A stretch of DNA of 64,000 bases from Candidatus Omnitrophota bacterium (lineage in GTDB: Bacteria > Omnitrophota > Gorgyraeia > JAFGGP01): NCBI GenBank assembly GCA_016930485.1, contig JAFGGP010000021.1:12452-76451 (forward strand). The letters run 5' to 3'. The notes under the pieces are model-generated. The model saw nothing but the letters and a program-made list of their open reading frames with translations. It was not told where the DNA came from and made no database searches. The translations under genes were made by a program, and so were the position numbers. Of the stretch, positions 51,853-62,427 are shown one piece after another. Positions within the stretch are counted from its first letter, which is position 1. Every line of letters begins with the position of its first letter.

Positions 51853-54800
51853 TTATCCATCCGCTACCTCGTTCAGGCCTAATTCCTGTTGAACCTGTAT
51901 GTGTTCCAGGATGCGCTTATACTCGACCGGCATTATCTTGATAAATTGTCTGGAGAGTTTCGTAAAATCATCCAGTATCCCCCTTGCAACGGTGCTGGCC
52001 GTATAGGTATAATGATTATGGATTAAGGTATATACAGTTTTGGCATCCTCATCCGTAATCATTTCCAGTTCTACCATACTCATATTGCACCGGTCCCGGA
52101 AGCTCTCATCTGCATCATATACGTACGCGATGCCGCCGCTCATGCCCGCGGCAAAATTACGTCCCGTCTTTCCCAATATAACAACACGTCCGCCGGTCAT
52201 ATATTCACAGGCGTGATCGCCTACCCCTTCAACCACCGCGAAGAGGCCCGAATTTCTAATACAGAAACGTTCCCCCGCAAGTCCTCTGATATAGGCCTCG
52301 CCCCTGATAGCGCCGTAAAAGGCAGTATTTCCTATGATGGTATTTTCCTGAGGATTGTAACCCGCTTTCTTATCGGGATACATAACAATCCTGCCTCCTG
52401 ATATCCCTTTGCCTACATAATCATTCGCGAGTCCTTCCAGCTCAAAGGTGACACCTTTTGCGAGCCAGGCACCAAAGCTCTGGCCGGCAACCCCTTTAAA
52501 ACCGATATGTATCGTATCGTGCGGCAGGCCCTCATCTCCATAGAGACGGCATACTTCTCCGCTCAGCATGGCCCCGGTTGTCCGGTTGGTATTGTTAATC
52601 TCGAGGTGTCCCTTCACACACCGCTGTTCCTTAAGTGCAGGCTGGGCCAGTTCGATCAGCTTCGTGTCAAGGATCTGCTCGATACCATGCTCCTGTGCTT
52701 TTTGACAGTAGAGCCCGGTCCCTGGGGGAGTCCTGGGCTTGTAGAGTATCCTCGAATAGTCGATTTTTTTTGCCTTCCAGGGGAAAAGTGCTTCATCCGG
52801 CTCGAGGAGATCGGTCCTCCCGATGAGTTCATTTATGGTCCGCATGCCAAGTTCGGCCATAATCTCGCGCACCTCGCGGACAACAAAGCGGAAATAGTTT
52901 TCAACATATTCGACGCGCCCTGAAAAGCGGCCCTGGAGAATCTCATCCTGCGTTGCCACTCCCACCGAGCAGTTATTCAGGTGACAGTGTCGGAGCATGA
53001 TACACCCCATAACAATTAATCCCGCGGTGCAAAAACCATACTCCTCGGCCCCCAGGAGCGCGGCAATCACTACATCGCGCCCGGTGCGCATCTGTCCATC
53101 CGTCTGGAGCCGGACCCGGCTTCGAAGGTCGTTCAGCACCAACGTCTGATGCGTCTCTGAAAGCCCCAGTTCCCACGGCAGGCCCGCATGACGGATTGAG
53201 CTTTTGGGCGAGGCCCCGGTCCCGCCGTCACCACCGGAAATCAGAATCATATCGGCGTGCCCTTTGGCAACGCCGGCGGCAATAGTACCAACGCCGATCT
53301 CGGAGACCAGTTTGACACTGATGCGCGCACGCGGGTTTACGTTCTTCAGATCAAAGATAAGCTGGGCAAGGTCCTCTATCGAATAAATATCGTGGTGAGG
53401 CGGGGGTGAGATGAGTGTGACGCCGGGCGTCGTATACCGGGTCTTTGCAATCGTCACGCTGACCTTGTGTCCGGGCAGCTGCCCCCCTTCCCCCGGCTTT
53501 GCGCCCTGGGCAATCTTGATCTGCAGTTCATCGGCATTAGTCAAATAGTTCGTCGTCACCCCGAATCTGCCCGAGGCCACCTGTTTTATCGCGCTTCGCT
53601 TTGAGTCGCCCCCGGGCAAAGTCTGAAACCGAACCGGGTCCTCACCGCCCTCGCCGGTATTCGATTTCCCGCCGAGCCGGTTCATCGCAAGAGCCAGCGT
53701 CTCATGTGCGCCCCGCGAAATAGAGCCGAAACTCATCGCCCCGGTTGCAAAACGCTTCAGGATATTTTCGGCCGGTTCGACCTCATCGAGCGTAATCGGT
53801 ATTGTCTTTTTGAACCGCAGGAGACTGCGTAACGTAGTGGGGTTTCCCGATTGGTCATTAATCAGCCGGGCAAATTCCTTGTAGCGCTCATAGTCATTCC
53901 TCCTCGCCGCATCCTGGAGTGCGGCAATGCTGGCCGGGTTCCACAGATGAAACTCACCGTCCCGTTTCCACTGGTAAATCCCGCCGGTTGCCAGATGGGG
54001 CGCCTCTATGCCGCGTTCGGGAAAAGCCGATTCATGACGCAGGAGCGTTTCTCTCTGCAGTTCCTCAAAGCCGGCACCGCCGATACGCGAAACCGTACCG
54101 GTAAAGCATCTGTCTATGACTTCATCGTGAAGTCCCAGCGCCTCGAATATCTGTGCGCCCCGGTATCCCTGCAGGGTAGAAATGCCCATCTTGGAGAGAA
54201 TCTTGAGAATGCCTTCATTAACCGCGTTGATATAGTTTTTCTGCGCCGCCTCACAGTCATCGGTAAGCTCTCCTTCCTCTCTTAAATAGCACAACCCCTC
54301 CAGAACAAGATACGGATTAATACATCCGACACCGTATCCGAAAAGGGTCGCAAAGTGATGCACCTCTCTCGGCTCTCCGCTCTCCAGTATCAGCGCTATC
54401 TGGGAACGGCATGCCTTCCTGACCAGATACTGGTGCACCGCACCGACGGCAAGCAGGGCCGGCAGCGCTGCCTGCTTCTTATTTACTCCCCGGTCGCTCA
54501 GGATAATAAAAGTGCATCCATGCTGTATCGCCTCTTCCGCCTCGCGGCTGATCCGTTCGAGCGAGGCAACGAAGTCCCCCTTTTTCTCAACATCAAACAG
54601 AATAGGAATAGTTCTGCTCTTGAAGCCTCTCTCATCGATATCACGCAAAGTAGCGAGCTCTTCATTGCTCAAGATAGGATGCTTCAGATGGACCTTTGCG
54701 CAGTGTTCCGGCGTCTCATCAAGCAGATTGCGCCGCGGGCCCATAAAACAATCCAGGCTCATCACCAGCTCTTCCCGGATAGGATCGATCGCAGGATTCG

Positions 54801-56394
54801 TCACCTGCGCAAAGAGTTGCTTAAAATAATGATGGAGCGGGTGTGGATGCCGGGATAGCACACTATGGGGCGTATCATTTCCCATAGAGCCGGTCGGCTC
54901 TTTGCCGGTCTCGGCCATAGGAACGATGACCTCGGTGATATCTTCGCGGGTATAACCAAAGGCCTTGAGCAATGTCAGGATATTCTCTTTGTGTTCTTTC
55001 CGGGGCGCTTTTGATGCGGTAACGTCATCGAGTTCCAGTAGATTCTCCCTGAGCCAGTCCCTGTATGCCTGCCGGCCGGAAATGTGTTGTTTGATTTCGT
55101 CATCATGCACAATACGCCCTTCGGTGGTATCGATAAAAAACATCCTGCCCGGTTCAAGCCTGCCCGAATAGGCAACGTCTTCGGGTTTAATATCCAGTAC
55201 GCCGACCTCGGAGGCCATGATAACCAAATGATTTTTAGTCACGAGATAACGTGACGGGCGCAGTCCGTTTCTGTCAAGCACCGCACCTATACCTTCCCCG
55301 TCGGTAAAGGCAATGCTTGCGGGGCCGTCCCACGGCTCCATCAGACAGGCATGATATTTGTGGAATGCCCTGAGTTCCTCGCTCAATGATGTATTCTGTT
55401 CCCAGGCAGCCGGTATAAGCATCATCATCGTATGCGGCAGCGACCTGCCGGCCAATACCAGAAGTTCAAAGACGTTATCGATAGCCGCCGAGTCGCTCCC
55501 GCCCGGAACAATAATCTGCTTCAGCTTCTCAATATCATCCCCAAAAAGCGGACTTGCCAGTAGATTTTCCTTTGCCTTCATCCAGTTGATATTGCCACGC
55601 AGTGTGTTAATCTCTCCGTTATGGGCCAAAAATCTGAACGGCTGCGCCAGATCCCAAGTAGGGAATGTATTGGTGCTGTAGCGGGAATGAACGAGACAGA
55701 GAGCGCTCTCAATGTTGTCATCGCGGAGATCCGCAAAGTACTGATCAAGCTGATGCGGCATCAGGAGGCCTTTGTAGGAAAAAGTGCGGGAAGAGAGATT
55801 GGTGATATAGAAGAACGACTTCTGGGTGTATTGCGAAGAGCGAATAGTGTTTTCAACCCCTCTTCTGATAACATAGAGTTTTCTTTCAAAGGCCATCTGG
55901 TCTTTTATGGTAGGACCTTTCTGAATGAATGCCTGTTCGATGACCGGCTCGGTCTCGCGTGCCGTCCTGCCGATGTGCGAATTGTCTACCGGCACCTCAC
56001 GCCAGCCCAGCAGCGTTTGTCCTTCCCGGGCAACAATCTTTGCGAAGACCGCCTTACAAAAATCGCGGTTTTTCTTGTCCGGCGGTAAAAAAATCAGCCC
56101 GGTTCCGTAGGCACCGGATTCCGGGAGATCAATTTGGCTTTCGGCGGCAACCTTCCGAAAGAAGGTATGAGGTGTCTGGATTAAAATGCCGGCGCCGTCG
56201 CCGGTATCCGGGTCTGCCCCAACCGCCCCCCGATGGGCCAGGCGTTTTAAAACCTGCATTCCTTGCATAACAATGCTGTTTGACCGGGTCCCCTTCATAT
56301 TACAGACAAACCCGACACCGCATGAATCATGCTCAAACTGCGGGTCATAGAGCCCTTGTTTCTCCGGACGATGTGCGTACTCTGTTAGTGCCAT
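51853..56394 (-). CDS. gltB: glutamate synthase large subunit
   Basis: 1513 aa. N-terminal amidotransferase CGVGFV, FMN/3Fe-4S central domain and a C-terminal GXGXG beta-helix domain. Confidence 0.95.
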   Translation of the reverse strand: MALTEYAHRPEKQGLYDPQFEHDSCGVGFVCNMKGTRSNSIVMQGMQVLKRLAHRGAVGADPDTGDGAGILIQTPHTFFRKVAAESQIDLPESGAYGTGLIFLPPDKKNRDFCKAVFAKIVAREGQTLLGWREVPVDNSHIGRTARETEPVIEQAFIQKGPTIKDQMAFERKLYVIRRGVENTIRSSQYTQKSFFYITNLSSRTFSYKGLLMPHQLDQYFADLRDDNIESALCLVHSRYSTNTFPTWDLAQPFRFLAHNGEINTLRGNINWMKAKENLLASPLFGDDIEKLKQIIVPGGSDSAAIDNVFELLVLAGRSLPHTMMMLIPAAWEQNTSLSEELRAFHKYHACLMEPWDGPASIAFTDGEGIGAVLDRNGLRPSRYLVTKNHLVIMASEVGVLDIKPEDVAYSGRLEPGRMFFIDTTEGRIVHDDEIKQHISGRQAYRDWLRENLLELDDVTASKAPRKEHKENILTLLKAFGYTREDITEVIVPMAETGKEPTGSMGNDTPHSVLSRHPHPLHHYFKQLFAQVTNPAIDPIREELVMSLDCFMGPRRNLLDETPEHCAKVHLKHPILSNEELATLRDIDERGFKSRTIPILFDVEKKGDFVASLERISREAEEAIQHGCTFIILSDRGVNKKQAALPALLAVGAVHQYLVRKACRSQIALILESGEPREVHHFATLFGYGVGCINPYLVLEGLCYLREEGELTDDCEAAQKNYINAVNEGILKILSKMGISTLQGYRGAQIFEALGLHDEVIDRCFTGTVSRIGGAGFEELQRETLLRHESAFPERGIEAPHLATGGIYQWKRDGEFHLWNPASIAALQDAARRNDYERYKEFARLINDQSGNPTTLRSLLRFKKTIPITLDEVEPAENILKRFATGAMSFGSISRGAHETLALAMNRLGGKSNTGEGGEDPVRFQTLPGGDSKRSAIKQVASGRFGVTTNYLTNADELQIKIAQGAKPGEGGQLPGHKVSVTIAKTRYTTPGVTLISPPPHHDIYSIEDLAQLIFDLKNVNPRARISVKLVSEIGVGTIAAGVAKGHADMILISGGDGGTGASPKSSIRHAGLPWELGLSETHQTLVLNDLRSRVRLQTDGQMRTGRDVVIAALLGAEEYGFCTAGLIVMGCIMLRHCHLNNCSVGVATQDEILQGRFSGRVEYVENYFRFVVREVREIMAELGMRTINELIGRTDLLEPDEALFPWKAKKIDYSRILYKPRTPPGTGLYCQKAQEHGIEQILDTKLIELAQPALKEQRCVKGHLEINNTNRTTGAMLSGEVCRLYGDEGLPHDTIHIGFKGVAGQSFGAWLAKGVTFELEGLANDYVGKGISGGRIVMYPDKKAGYNPQENTIIGNTAFYGAIRGEAYIRGLAGERFCIRNSGLFAVVEGVGDHACEYMTGGRVVILGKTGRNFAAGMSGGIAYVYDADESFRDRCNMSMVELEMITDEDAKTVYTLIHNHYTYTASTVARGILDDFTKLSRQFIKIMPVEYKRILEHIQVQQELGLNEVADG

Positions 56395-56654
56395 TGCTCG
56401 ACGTTGATTCCTAACTTTTTTATCTTCGTGTGAAGGGTATTGCGGTTGATTCCCAGTATTCTTGCGGCCTTACTCTGATTGCCGCGTGTCCTATATAATA
56501 CCATCTCTATGAGTGGTTTTTCCACCGCCGATATGACAAAGTCATGCAGGCGGCCTTCAGGGGACCTTAGAATGAAATCTTCGAAATCCGCCAGTACATG
56601 TTCAAAAGGGAGCCGTCTCCCGGTTGTGTTGTGAAGGACGCCGTCTTGCCTCAT
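56385..56654 (-). CDS. fis: Fis-family small DNA-binding protein
   Basis: VEKPLIEMVLYRTRGNQSKAARILGINRNTLHTKIKKLGI aligns with the E. coli Fis C-terminal HTH. Its 3' end overlaps the gltB start by 10 nt. Confidence 0.78.
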   Translation of the reverse strand: MRQDGVLHNTTGRRLPFEHVLADFEDFILRSPEGRLHDFVISAVEKPLIEMVLYRTRGNQSKAARILGINRNTLHTKIKKLGINVEQWH

Positions 56655-56697
56655 GGGTCTTCTGCTTAAGATTCAGGCACCTCGTTGTAAAAAAACA

Positions 56698-57405
56698 CTA
56701 TACGCGTTTTTTTGGTAGCATCGCCGAAAAATTTGAAAGTATCTGCCCTGCCTGAGTCTGGAACTCTGTCTTTTTGTCAAAATAATCTTTAACCATAATA
56801 AAAATATCTGCTTGTGTCAATGACTCCGGCCCAAGATATGCCAGTATCCACGAGGTAACCATCTCCGGGGTAACCTCGATATGGAACTGGATACCATAGG
56901 CATTCCCGTTTACCCGGAAGGCCTGATGAGCACATTTCTCGGATTCGGCGAGCAGCACACCGTCTGCGGGTATATCAAACCGATCTTCGTGCCACTGAAA
57001 AACCGTGAATTCTTTTAAACACCTTGCAAACAGAGGATCGCGGGCGCCTGCGTCGGTCAGACGCGCCACATGCCACCCCATTTCATGGGCAACCCCCCGC
57101 CTAACCACGGCCCCGCAGGCCTTTGCCAGAAGCTGCGCACCAAGACAGATTCCCAAAATGGGGATATGCGCCTGGAGGGCCTTTCGGATAAACCGATCCT
57201 CTTCTTTCAGGAAAGGATAAGCCTCCTCTTCATACACATTCATCGGCCCACCAAGAATAATGATGGCCGTAATACCCTTGAGCCCCTCGGGAAGAACATC
57301 TCTCTGCGCAACATGTGATACCGTAGTCGGCATTCCTTCTCTTTCAAAGAATGTCTTAATCAGCCCGGGGGCCTCAATAGCGATGTGCTGTATGATAAGG
57401 ATCAT
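56698..57405 (-). CDS. class I glutamine amidotransferase-like protein
   Basis: ILGICLGAQLLA nucleophile elbow and the QFHIE His-Glu motif. Confidence 0.85.
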   Translation of the reverse strand: MILIIQHIAIEAPGLIKTFFEREGMPTTVSHVAQRDVLPEGLKGITAIIILGGPMNVYEEEAYPFLKEEDRFIRKALQAHIPILGICLGAQLLAKACGAVVRRGVAHEMGWHVARLTDAGARDPLFARCLKEFTVFQWHEDRFDIPADGVLLAESEKCAHQAFRVNGNAYGIQFHIEVTPEMVTSWILAYLGPESLTQADIFIMVKDYFDKKTEFQTQAGQILSNFSAMLPKKRV

Positions 57406-57528
57406 CGTCGTAAACCCCGTTAGACCCCCGTACGCCTAAAGCCCGGGTTTTTTATGTTCTCATCTAACGGCACATTCATCTTCTTGCTTTAACAAACGGT
57501 TCTTTCTGCATCTAACAGGGTAAAGGTA

Positions 57529-57577
57529 ATCGGCCCTCACCCGTCAGCTTTGAACAGCTGAAGGACCGAGGGCCGAT
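57529..57577 (-). terminator. long hairpin downstream of glnA (terminator or processing site; weak T-tract)
   Basis: ATCGGCCCTC...GAGGGCCGAT forms a 10-bp outer stem, with an inner TCAGCT/AGCTGA stem. Confidence 0.45.
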
Positions 57578-57599
57578 AACCAAAGACCTTTCTGCATTA

Positions 57600-59093
57600 T
57601 TAAATATCGAAATAGAGGTGGAATTCGTACGGATGCGGTCTCAGACGAAGCGCGTCGATTTCTTTTTCCGTCTTATACTCGATCCACGTCTCTATGACGT
57701 CCTTGGTAAAGACATCGCCCTCGAGGAGAAATGCATGATCCTTCTGAAGCGCCTTAATGCTTTCTGCAAGAGAACCGGGAACGTTCGGGATCTTTTTTGC
57801 CTCACGTCCGGTGATTTCGTAGATGTTCCTATCCGTCGGATCGCCCGGATCGATTTTATTGCGGACGCCGTCAAGACCGGCCATAAGCATCGCAGCAAAC
57901 GCCAGATAGGGATTGCACGAACAGTCGGGCGGCCTGAATTCGATCCGCTTTGACTTCGGATTATCGGTATACACCGGAATCCGGACTGCCGCACTCCTGT
58001 TCCGGGCCGAATACACCAGATTAACCGGTGCCTCATATCCCGGTACAAGACGCTTGTACGAATTGGTGGTTGGCGCGGCAAACGCGAGAATGGCCGGGGC
58101 GTGCTTGAGCAGCCCTCCGATATAGTATTTTGCTGTCTCGCTTAAGAGCGCATAACCGTTTTTATCGTAGAAGATGTTCGTGTCGTCTTTCCAGAGTGAC
58201 TGATGCACATGCATACCGCTCCCGTTATCGCCGAAAAGCGGTTTCGGCATAAATGTCGCGACCATATTATGCTTTCTGGCTATATTCTTGACGATGTATT
58301 TGTACATCATGCACTTATCGGCAACCTTCACCAGCGTATCAAACTTCATGTCTATCTCGCACTGTCCGGCCGTCGCCACTTCATGATGATGTACCTCAAC
58401 CGGAATACCGGCCTTGATCATGGTAAGGATGATCTTACTCCTGAGGTCCTGCAGTGAATCGTGCGGCGGAACCGGAAAGTACCCTTCTTTGTACCGCGGC
58501 TTATATCCCAGATTAGGATTCTCCGCGCGGCCGGAGTTCCACTCGCCTTCGTCAGAATCAACGTAGTAATAACATTCGTTTTCCGTCTGATCGAACCTCA
58601 CGTCATTGAATATGAAAAACTCCAATTCCGGTCCCCAGTAACTTTTTGTGGCGATACCGGTCTTCCGTACAAATGCGGCCGCCTTCTTCGCGATAAAGCG
58701 GGGATCGCGGGTATACGCCTCTTTGGTGAGAGGGTCGTAAATATCACAGATGATGCTCAGGGTCGGTACCTCACAAACCGGATCAATGACGGCGGTTGTC
58801 GGATCAGGGACCAGGATCATATCTGATTCCTGTATCTTCTGGAACCCCCTGATTGAAGAGCCGTCAAAACCGACTCCCTCTGCCCAGATGCTCTTGATCG
58901 GGTCGTCGATTTCGGTCAACTCTGAAACCGGCATGGAAAAGTGTTGCCACAATCCGGGAAGGTCGTTAAACTTGAGATCGACGATCTGAATGTTGTTTTC
59001 CCTGATCATGTTCGCGATCTTCTGGATTGCGGATTCATCCACTTCGCCGTTCCAGCGAACTGCGTTCTTTTCTGCAACTGTCGTTTCTGCCAT
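57600..59093 (-). CDS. glnA: glutamine synthetase
   Basis: [26 protein letters not shown] and the [10 protein letters not shown] region. RBS AAAGGAGGG. Confidence 0.95.
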   Translation of the reverse strand: MAETTVAEKNAVRWNGEVDESAIQKIANMIRENNIQIVDLKFNDLPGLWQHFSMPVSELTEIDDPIKSIWAEGVGFDGSSIRGFQKIQESDMILVPDPTTAVIDPVCEVPTLSIICDIYDPLTKEAYTRDPRFIAKKAAAFVRKTGIATKSYWGPELEFFIFNDVRFDQTENECYYYVDSDEGEWNSGRAENPNLGYKPRYKEGYFPVPPHDSLQDLRSKIILTMIKAGIPVEVHHHEVATAGQCEIDMKFDTLVKVADKCMMYKYIVKNIARKHNMVATFMPKPLFGDNGSGMHVHQSLWKDDTNIFYDKNGYALLSETAKYYIGGLLKHAPAILAFAAPTTNSYKRLVPGYEAPVNLVYSARNRSAAVRIPVYTDNPKSKRIEFRPPDCSCNPYLAFAAMLMAGLDGVRNKIDPGDPTDRNIYEITGREAKKIPNVPGSLAESIKALQKDHAFLLEGDVFTKDVIETWIEYKTEKEIDALRLRPHPYEFHLYFDI

Positions 59094-59392
59094 TGTGCTG
59101 CCCTCCTTTAAATGAGGCCATCACTTACAGAATGCCAACGAATGTAAGTGATCTGGCCGAATGTACCCCGAAGCTTACGTAGAAAAGTTCCTTGAATTTT
59201 TCAAGTGCTTAAGCAAGGGGTGTTTAGTTAGTTCCTTTAAATGAGCGCATCATTTACCGAGATTTTGTGAACGTAAATGATATATGTGAATGTACCCCAA
59301 AACCCGTCTGCCGGCGGACAGACCTGCTGGAAAAAAGTCGAAGAAATTTTTCCTGCGTTCAAGCAAGGGAGTCTTGTGTCTTCCTTATCTAT

Positions 59393-59408
59393 TGCAAGGT
59401 TCGTGCCA
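59393..59408 (-). promoter_or_regulatory. sigma-54 (-24/-12) promoter upstream of glnA
   Basis: The minus strand reads TGGCAC-GAACC-TTGCA, about 300 nt upstream of the glnA ATG. Confidence 0.75.
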
Positions 59409-59620
59409 AAATAGGGAGGCGCTCTATATTTTCTATAATCTATTTTATTGATACAAGTTACAGAAATATATAAATAACGCCGATACAAACCTGCTTTTAA
59501 AAAATGCTTAAAACTTAATCAATGACTGACAGAATCAGGGCATCTCTTAGCGATTAGCGTAGAGCGGTTAGTGATTAGATTGTTAGTTTTTCTAGACGCT
59601 ACACGCCAGAAGACGCTGTG

Positions 59621-59962
59621 TTACCCGATTGCCTTACTGCCTTTTTCCCCGGTGCGGATCCTGATGCATTCGGGAAGGTCCAGTACAAAAATCTTGCCGT
59701 CTCCTATAGTGCCGGTTCGGGCGCCTGCAATAATTGCATTAATGGTTGGTTGCACAAAGTCTTCATTGACCGCTATCTCGAGCCTGATCTTCTTCAGCAG
59801 ATTGACTTCGTGCACCACACCCCGGTACGTCTCGGTAAACCCTTTCTGCTGGCCGCATCCCAGGGCATTGGTAACGGTCATCTTGAAGACCTCTGCATCA
59901 TACAGTGCCTTTTTGACATCTGGCAGTTTGTGAGGCTGTATCATTGCGATAATAAGTTTCAT
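59621..59962 (-). CDS. glnK: P-II nitrogen regulatory protein
   Basis: [13 protein letters not shown]...[11 protein letters not shown]. It sits directly downstream of amtB. Confidence 0.95.
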   Translation of the reverse strand: MKLIIAMIQPHKLPDVKKALYDAEVFKMTVTNALGCGQQKGFTETYRGVVHEVNLLKKIRLEIAVNEDFVQPTINAIIAGARTGTIGDGKIFVLDLPECIRIRTGEKGSKAIG

Positions 59963-59995
59963 GGTATCATTCCTCCTTTCATGAGCCCCCGCCGT

Positions 59996-61330
59996 TTAGC
60001 TGGTGGTAAAGACCTGGAATCCCGCGTATGACTCCATGCCGTGTTCGCCAATATCGAGACCTTTTAGTTCTTCTTCGCGCGTCACACGCAATCCAATAGT
60101 TGCATCAATAACCTTAAAGAGAGTTCCCATTGCAATTAAAACAAAGCCGACGACGGCAATAACCCCGAGTGATTGTATTCCAACCTGCATCATCCCACCG
60201 CCGTATAACAATCCGTCATACGCAAGACCGAGTGATTCCCTGCCGAATATTCCGACTGCAAGCGTTCCCCAGATACCGTTTAGTCCGTGAACCGGAACAG
60301 CTCCGACCGGATCATCAATTTGTAATTTATCTAACAAGACAACACCTAATACTACAATAATGCCTGCAAACGCACCGATCGCAATGGCTGCCCATGGTTC
60401 TACAAAGGCGCACGGCGCGGTTATTGCAACCAGCCCGGCCAGAGCACCGTTCATTGCCATGGAGAGATCCGGCTTGCCGAACATCCTCCATACCGTTGCC
60501 ATCGCCAGTATTCCACCTGTTGCTGCAGCCAGATTTGTGTTAATGGCCACCCGAGAAATGAGACTGCCATCGCCAACGCTCAAGGTAGAGCCGGGATTAA
60601 ATCCAAACCAGCCAAACCATAAAATGAACACTCCCAATGAAGCCAGCGGAATTGAATGCCCAGCAATCATATTCGCGCTACCATCGGTATTATATTTTCC
60701 GAGGCGCGGTTTCAAGACTATTGTCCCGATAAGAGCGGCAAAGCCGCCGACTGCATGAACAACAGTAGAACCGGCAAAATCGGCGAAATGAAGCCGGGAG
60801 AGCCAGCCACCGCCCCACACCCAGTGACCGACAAGAGGGTAAATGAATGCCGAGATGAGAAAAGAATATGTTAAATACGCGCTAAATTTCATTCGTTCTG
60901 CCATACCACCGGCTACAATTGTGGCAGCAGCACCACAGAAGGCGGCTTGAAAAAGCCAGAAGGCGAATAATGGAATATCGGACCCCGATTCTGCCCCTCT
61001 CAAAAACCAGCCCGAATACCCCATAAAGCTATTGCCTTCTCCAAACATAATCGCATATCCAAATATGAAAAATCCCAGAGAGGCCATACAAAAATCAAGG
61101 AAGTTTTTGGTTAGAATATTACAGGTGTTTTTTGCCCTGATAAAACCCGCCTCAACCATACCGAATCCTGCCTGCATAAAAAATACCAAAAATGCTGCCA
61201 ATAACACCCAGAGGGTGTCTACTCCTACAGTTGAGGCATACAAAACTGATTCGGCAGCCAGAGCAGGAGAGGCAATAACGCTATATATGCCGCCTAGCAA
61301 TAGTCCTGTTAGAGTTATTTTCCGGAACAT
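59996..61330 (-). CDS. amtB: ammonium transporter
   Basis: Signal/TM, then AGFGMVEAGF, DFAGSTVVHAVGG and VHGLNGIWG motifs. Confidence 0.95.
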   Translation of the reverse strand: MFRKITLTGLLLGGIYSVIASPALAAESVLYASTVGVDTLWVLLAAFLVFFMQAGFGMVEAGFIRAKNTCNILTKNFLDFCMASLGFFIFGYAIMFGEGNSFMGYSGWFLRGAESGSDIPLFAFWLFQAAFCGAAATIVAGGMAERMKFSAYLTYSFLISAFIYPLVGHWVWGGGWLSRLHFADFAGSTVVHAVGGFAALIGTIVLKPRLGKYNTDGSANMIAGHSIPLASLGVFILWFGWFGFNPGSTLSVGDGSLISRVAINTNLAAATGGILAMATVWRMFGKPDLSMAMNGALAGLVAITAPCAFVEPWAAIAIGAFAGIIVVLGVVLLDKLQIDDPVGAVPVHGLNGIWGTLAVGIFGRESLGLAYDGLLYGGGMMQVGIQSLGVIAVVGFVLIAMGTLFKVIDATIGLRVTREEELKGLDIGEHGMESYAGFQVFTTS

Positions 61331-61343
61331 AGTAACCTCCTTT

Positions 61344-62087
61344 TTAATTAAATGTCAAAATGGCCCCGATAAAGACTTCGTCGTCCTGATTTCCATCATC
61401 GGAATCCTTGAGATCGCCAAACGGGATCGAATAGTTTACGCTTGGTACAAACGTACAGTTCTTTGTTAAAGGAAACGTCAGCCCGGCACTCAATCCTACA
61501 TCGCCGCCGTCTCCGTCGATGAAAAGCTCGCTATTATAGCCGGCGCTCGCCCCCAGATCCAGGGTAATCGGGCCGTTTCCCAGGGTAAAACTGTGTCCGA
61601 TACCCAGCAGGATATAGTCACCGTCTCCGCCACCGGAATCTTCATCGGCATAGTCGTGATACCAGGTGAGTGACGGTGAAAGCAGTGTATCGAGGGCGAC
61701 ACCTATATAAAACTCTGTGCTCTTCGCATCGGCTGCCGGAAAATCATAATAGGTATGTCCTGCCGAAAGACTCAGCATATCGAAGCTATAGGTATAATCA
61801 ATCGCATAATCCACCTCATCCGAATTCAGGGCATCTTCCGCATCAATATCAAAGCTTCCCCAGATAGAGGCGGTAAATCTGTAAGCGCTCAGATAGAGTC
61901 CCGGCTGCAAAACCGGATCGTCATCGAGCTTAAATCCTCTCCACATATACTTTGCATATACAGCAAGATCGGTGCTGATCTCGATCGGTATATCTTCCAA
62001 AAAGCCCTCTGTTTCTTCTGCAGAAACAATACCGACGTTACACACAAGACACCCGCACACTAGCATTCCTGCGATCTTTTTAAGCAT
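61344..62087 (-). CDS. outer-membrane beta-barrel protein (TIGR02001/TorF-like family, often linked to amtB)
   Basis: Signal peptide ...GIVSAEE, alternating beta-strand pattern, and a C-terminal aromatic residue (TFN). Confidence 0.7.
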   Translation of the reverse strand: MLKKIAGMLVCGCLVCNVGIVSAEETEGFLEDIPIEISTDLAVYAKYMWRGFKLDDDPVLQPGLYLSAYRFTASIWGSFDIDAEDALNSDEVDYAIDYTYSFDMLSLSAGHTYYDFPAADAKSTEFYIGVALDTLLSPSLTWYHDYADEDSGGGDGDYILLGIGHSFTLGNGPITLDLGASAGYNSELFIDGDGGDVGLSAGLTFPLTKNCTFVPSVNYSIPFGDLKDSDDGNQDDEVFIGAILTFN

Positions 62088-62203
62088 CTCATACCTCCTT
62101 TTTTCTTTGCGGTTTTGCCGTCTGGCGCCGGGGACACGCAGCGCTTTCTTTTAAAAACCAATCCCCCGGGCCTCTTAGTGGATAAACTCTTACCTTTGCT
62201 TTA

Positions 62204-62219
62204 TGCAAAGCCCGTGCCA
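62204..62219 (-). promoter_or_regulatory. sigma-54 (-24/-12) promoter of the porin-amtB-glnK operon
   Basis: The minus strand reads TGGCAC-GGGCT-TTGCA, about 117 nt upstream of the ATG at 62087. Confidence 0.8.
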
Positions 62220-62380
62220 ATTCCAAAAGAATGTTCAGAAAAAATATACACTATCTGTAACTTCTTATTTTTTCGATTGTTGCGTGATTATCGGGAGAAT
62301 TCTTGGGATTGCTTCGGGAGAGCTAGTATAAGAAAGGGGCCTGCCAATTTTCAGGCAGGCTGCCTGCAATGCGGTCACTT

Positions 62381-62412
62381 AAAAAGAAAAACTGTCCGTT
62401 GTGCGGACAGTC
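62381..62412 (-). terminator. rho-independent terminator
   Basis: The minus strand reads ACTGTCCG-CACAA-CGGACAGT followed by TTTTCTTTTT. Confidence 0.85.
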
Positions 62413-62427
62413 TTTCGCTAAAATGTG

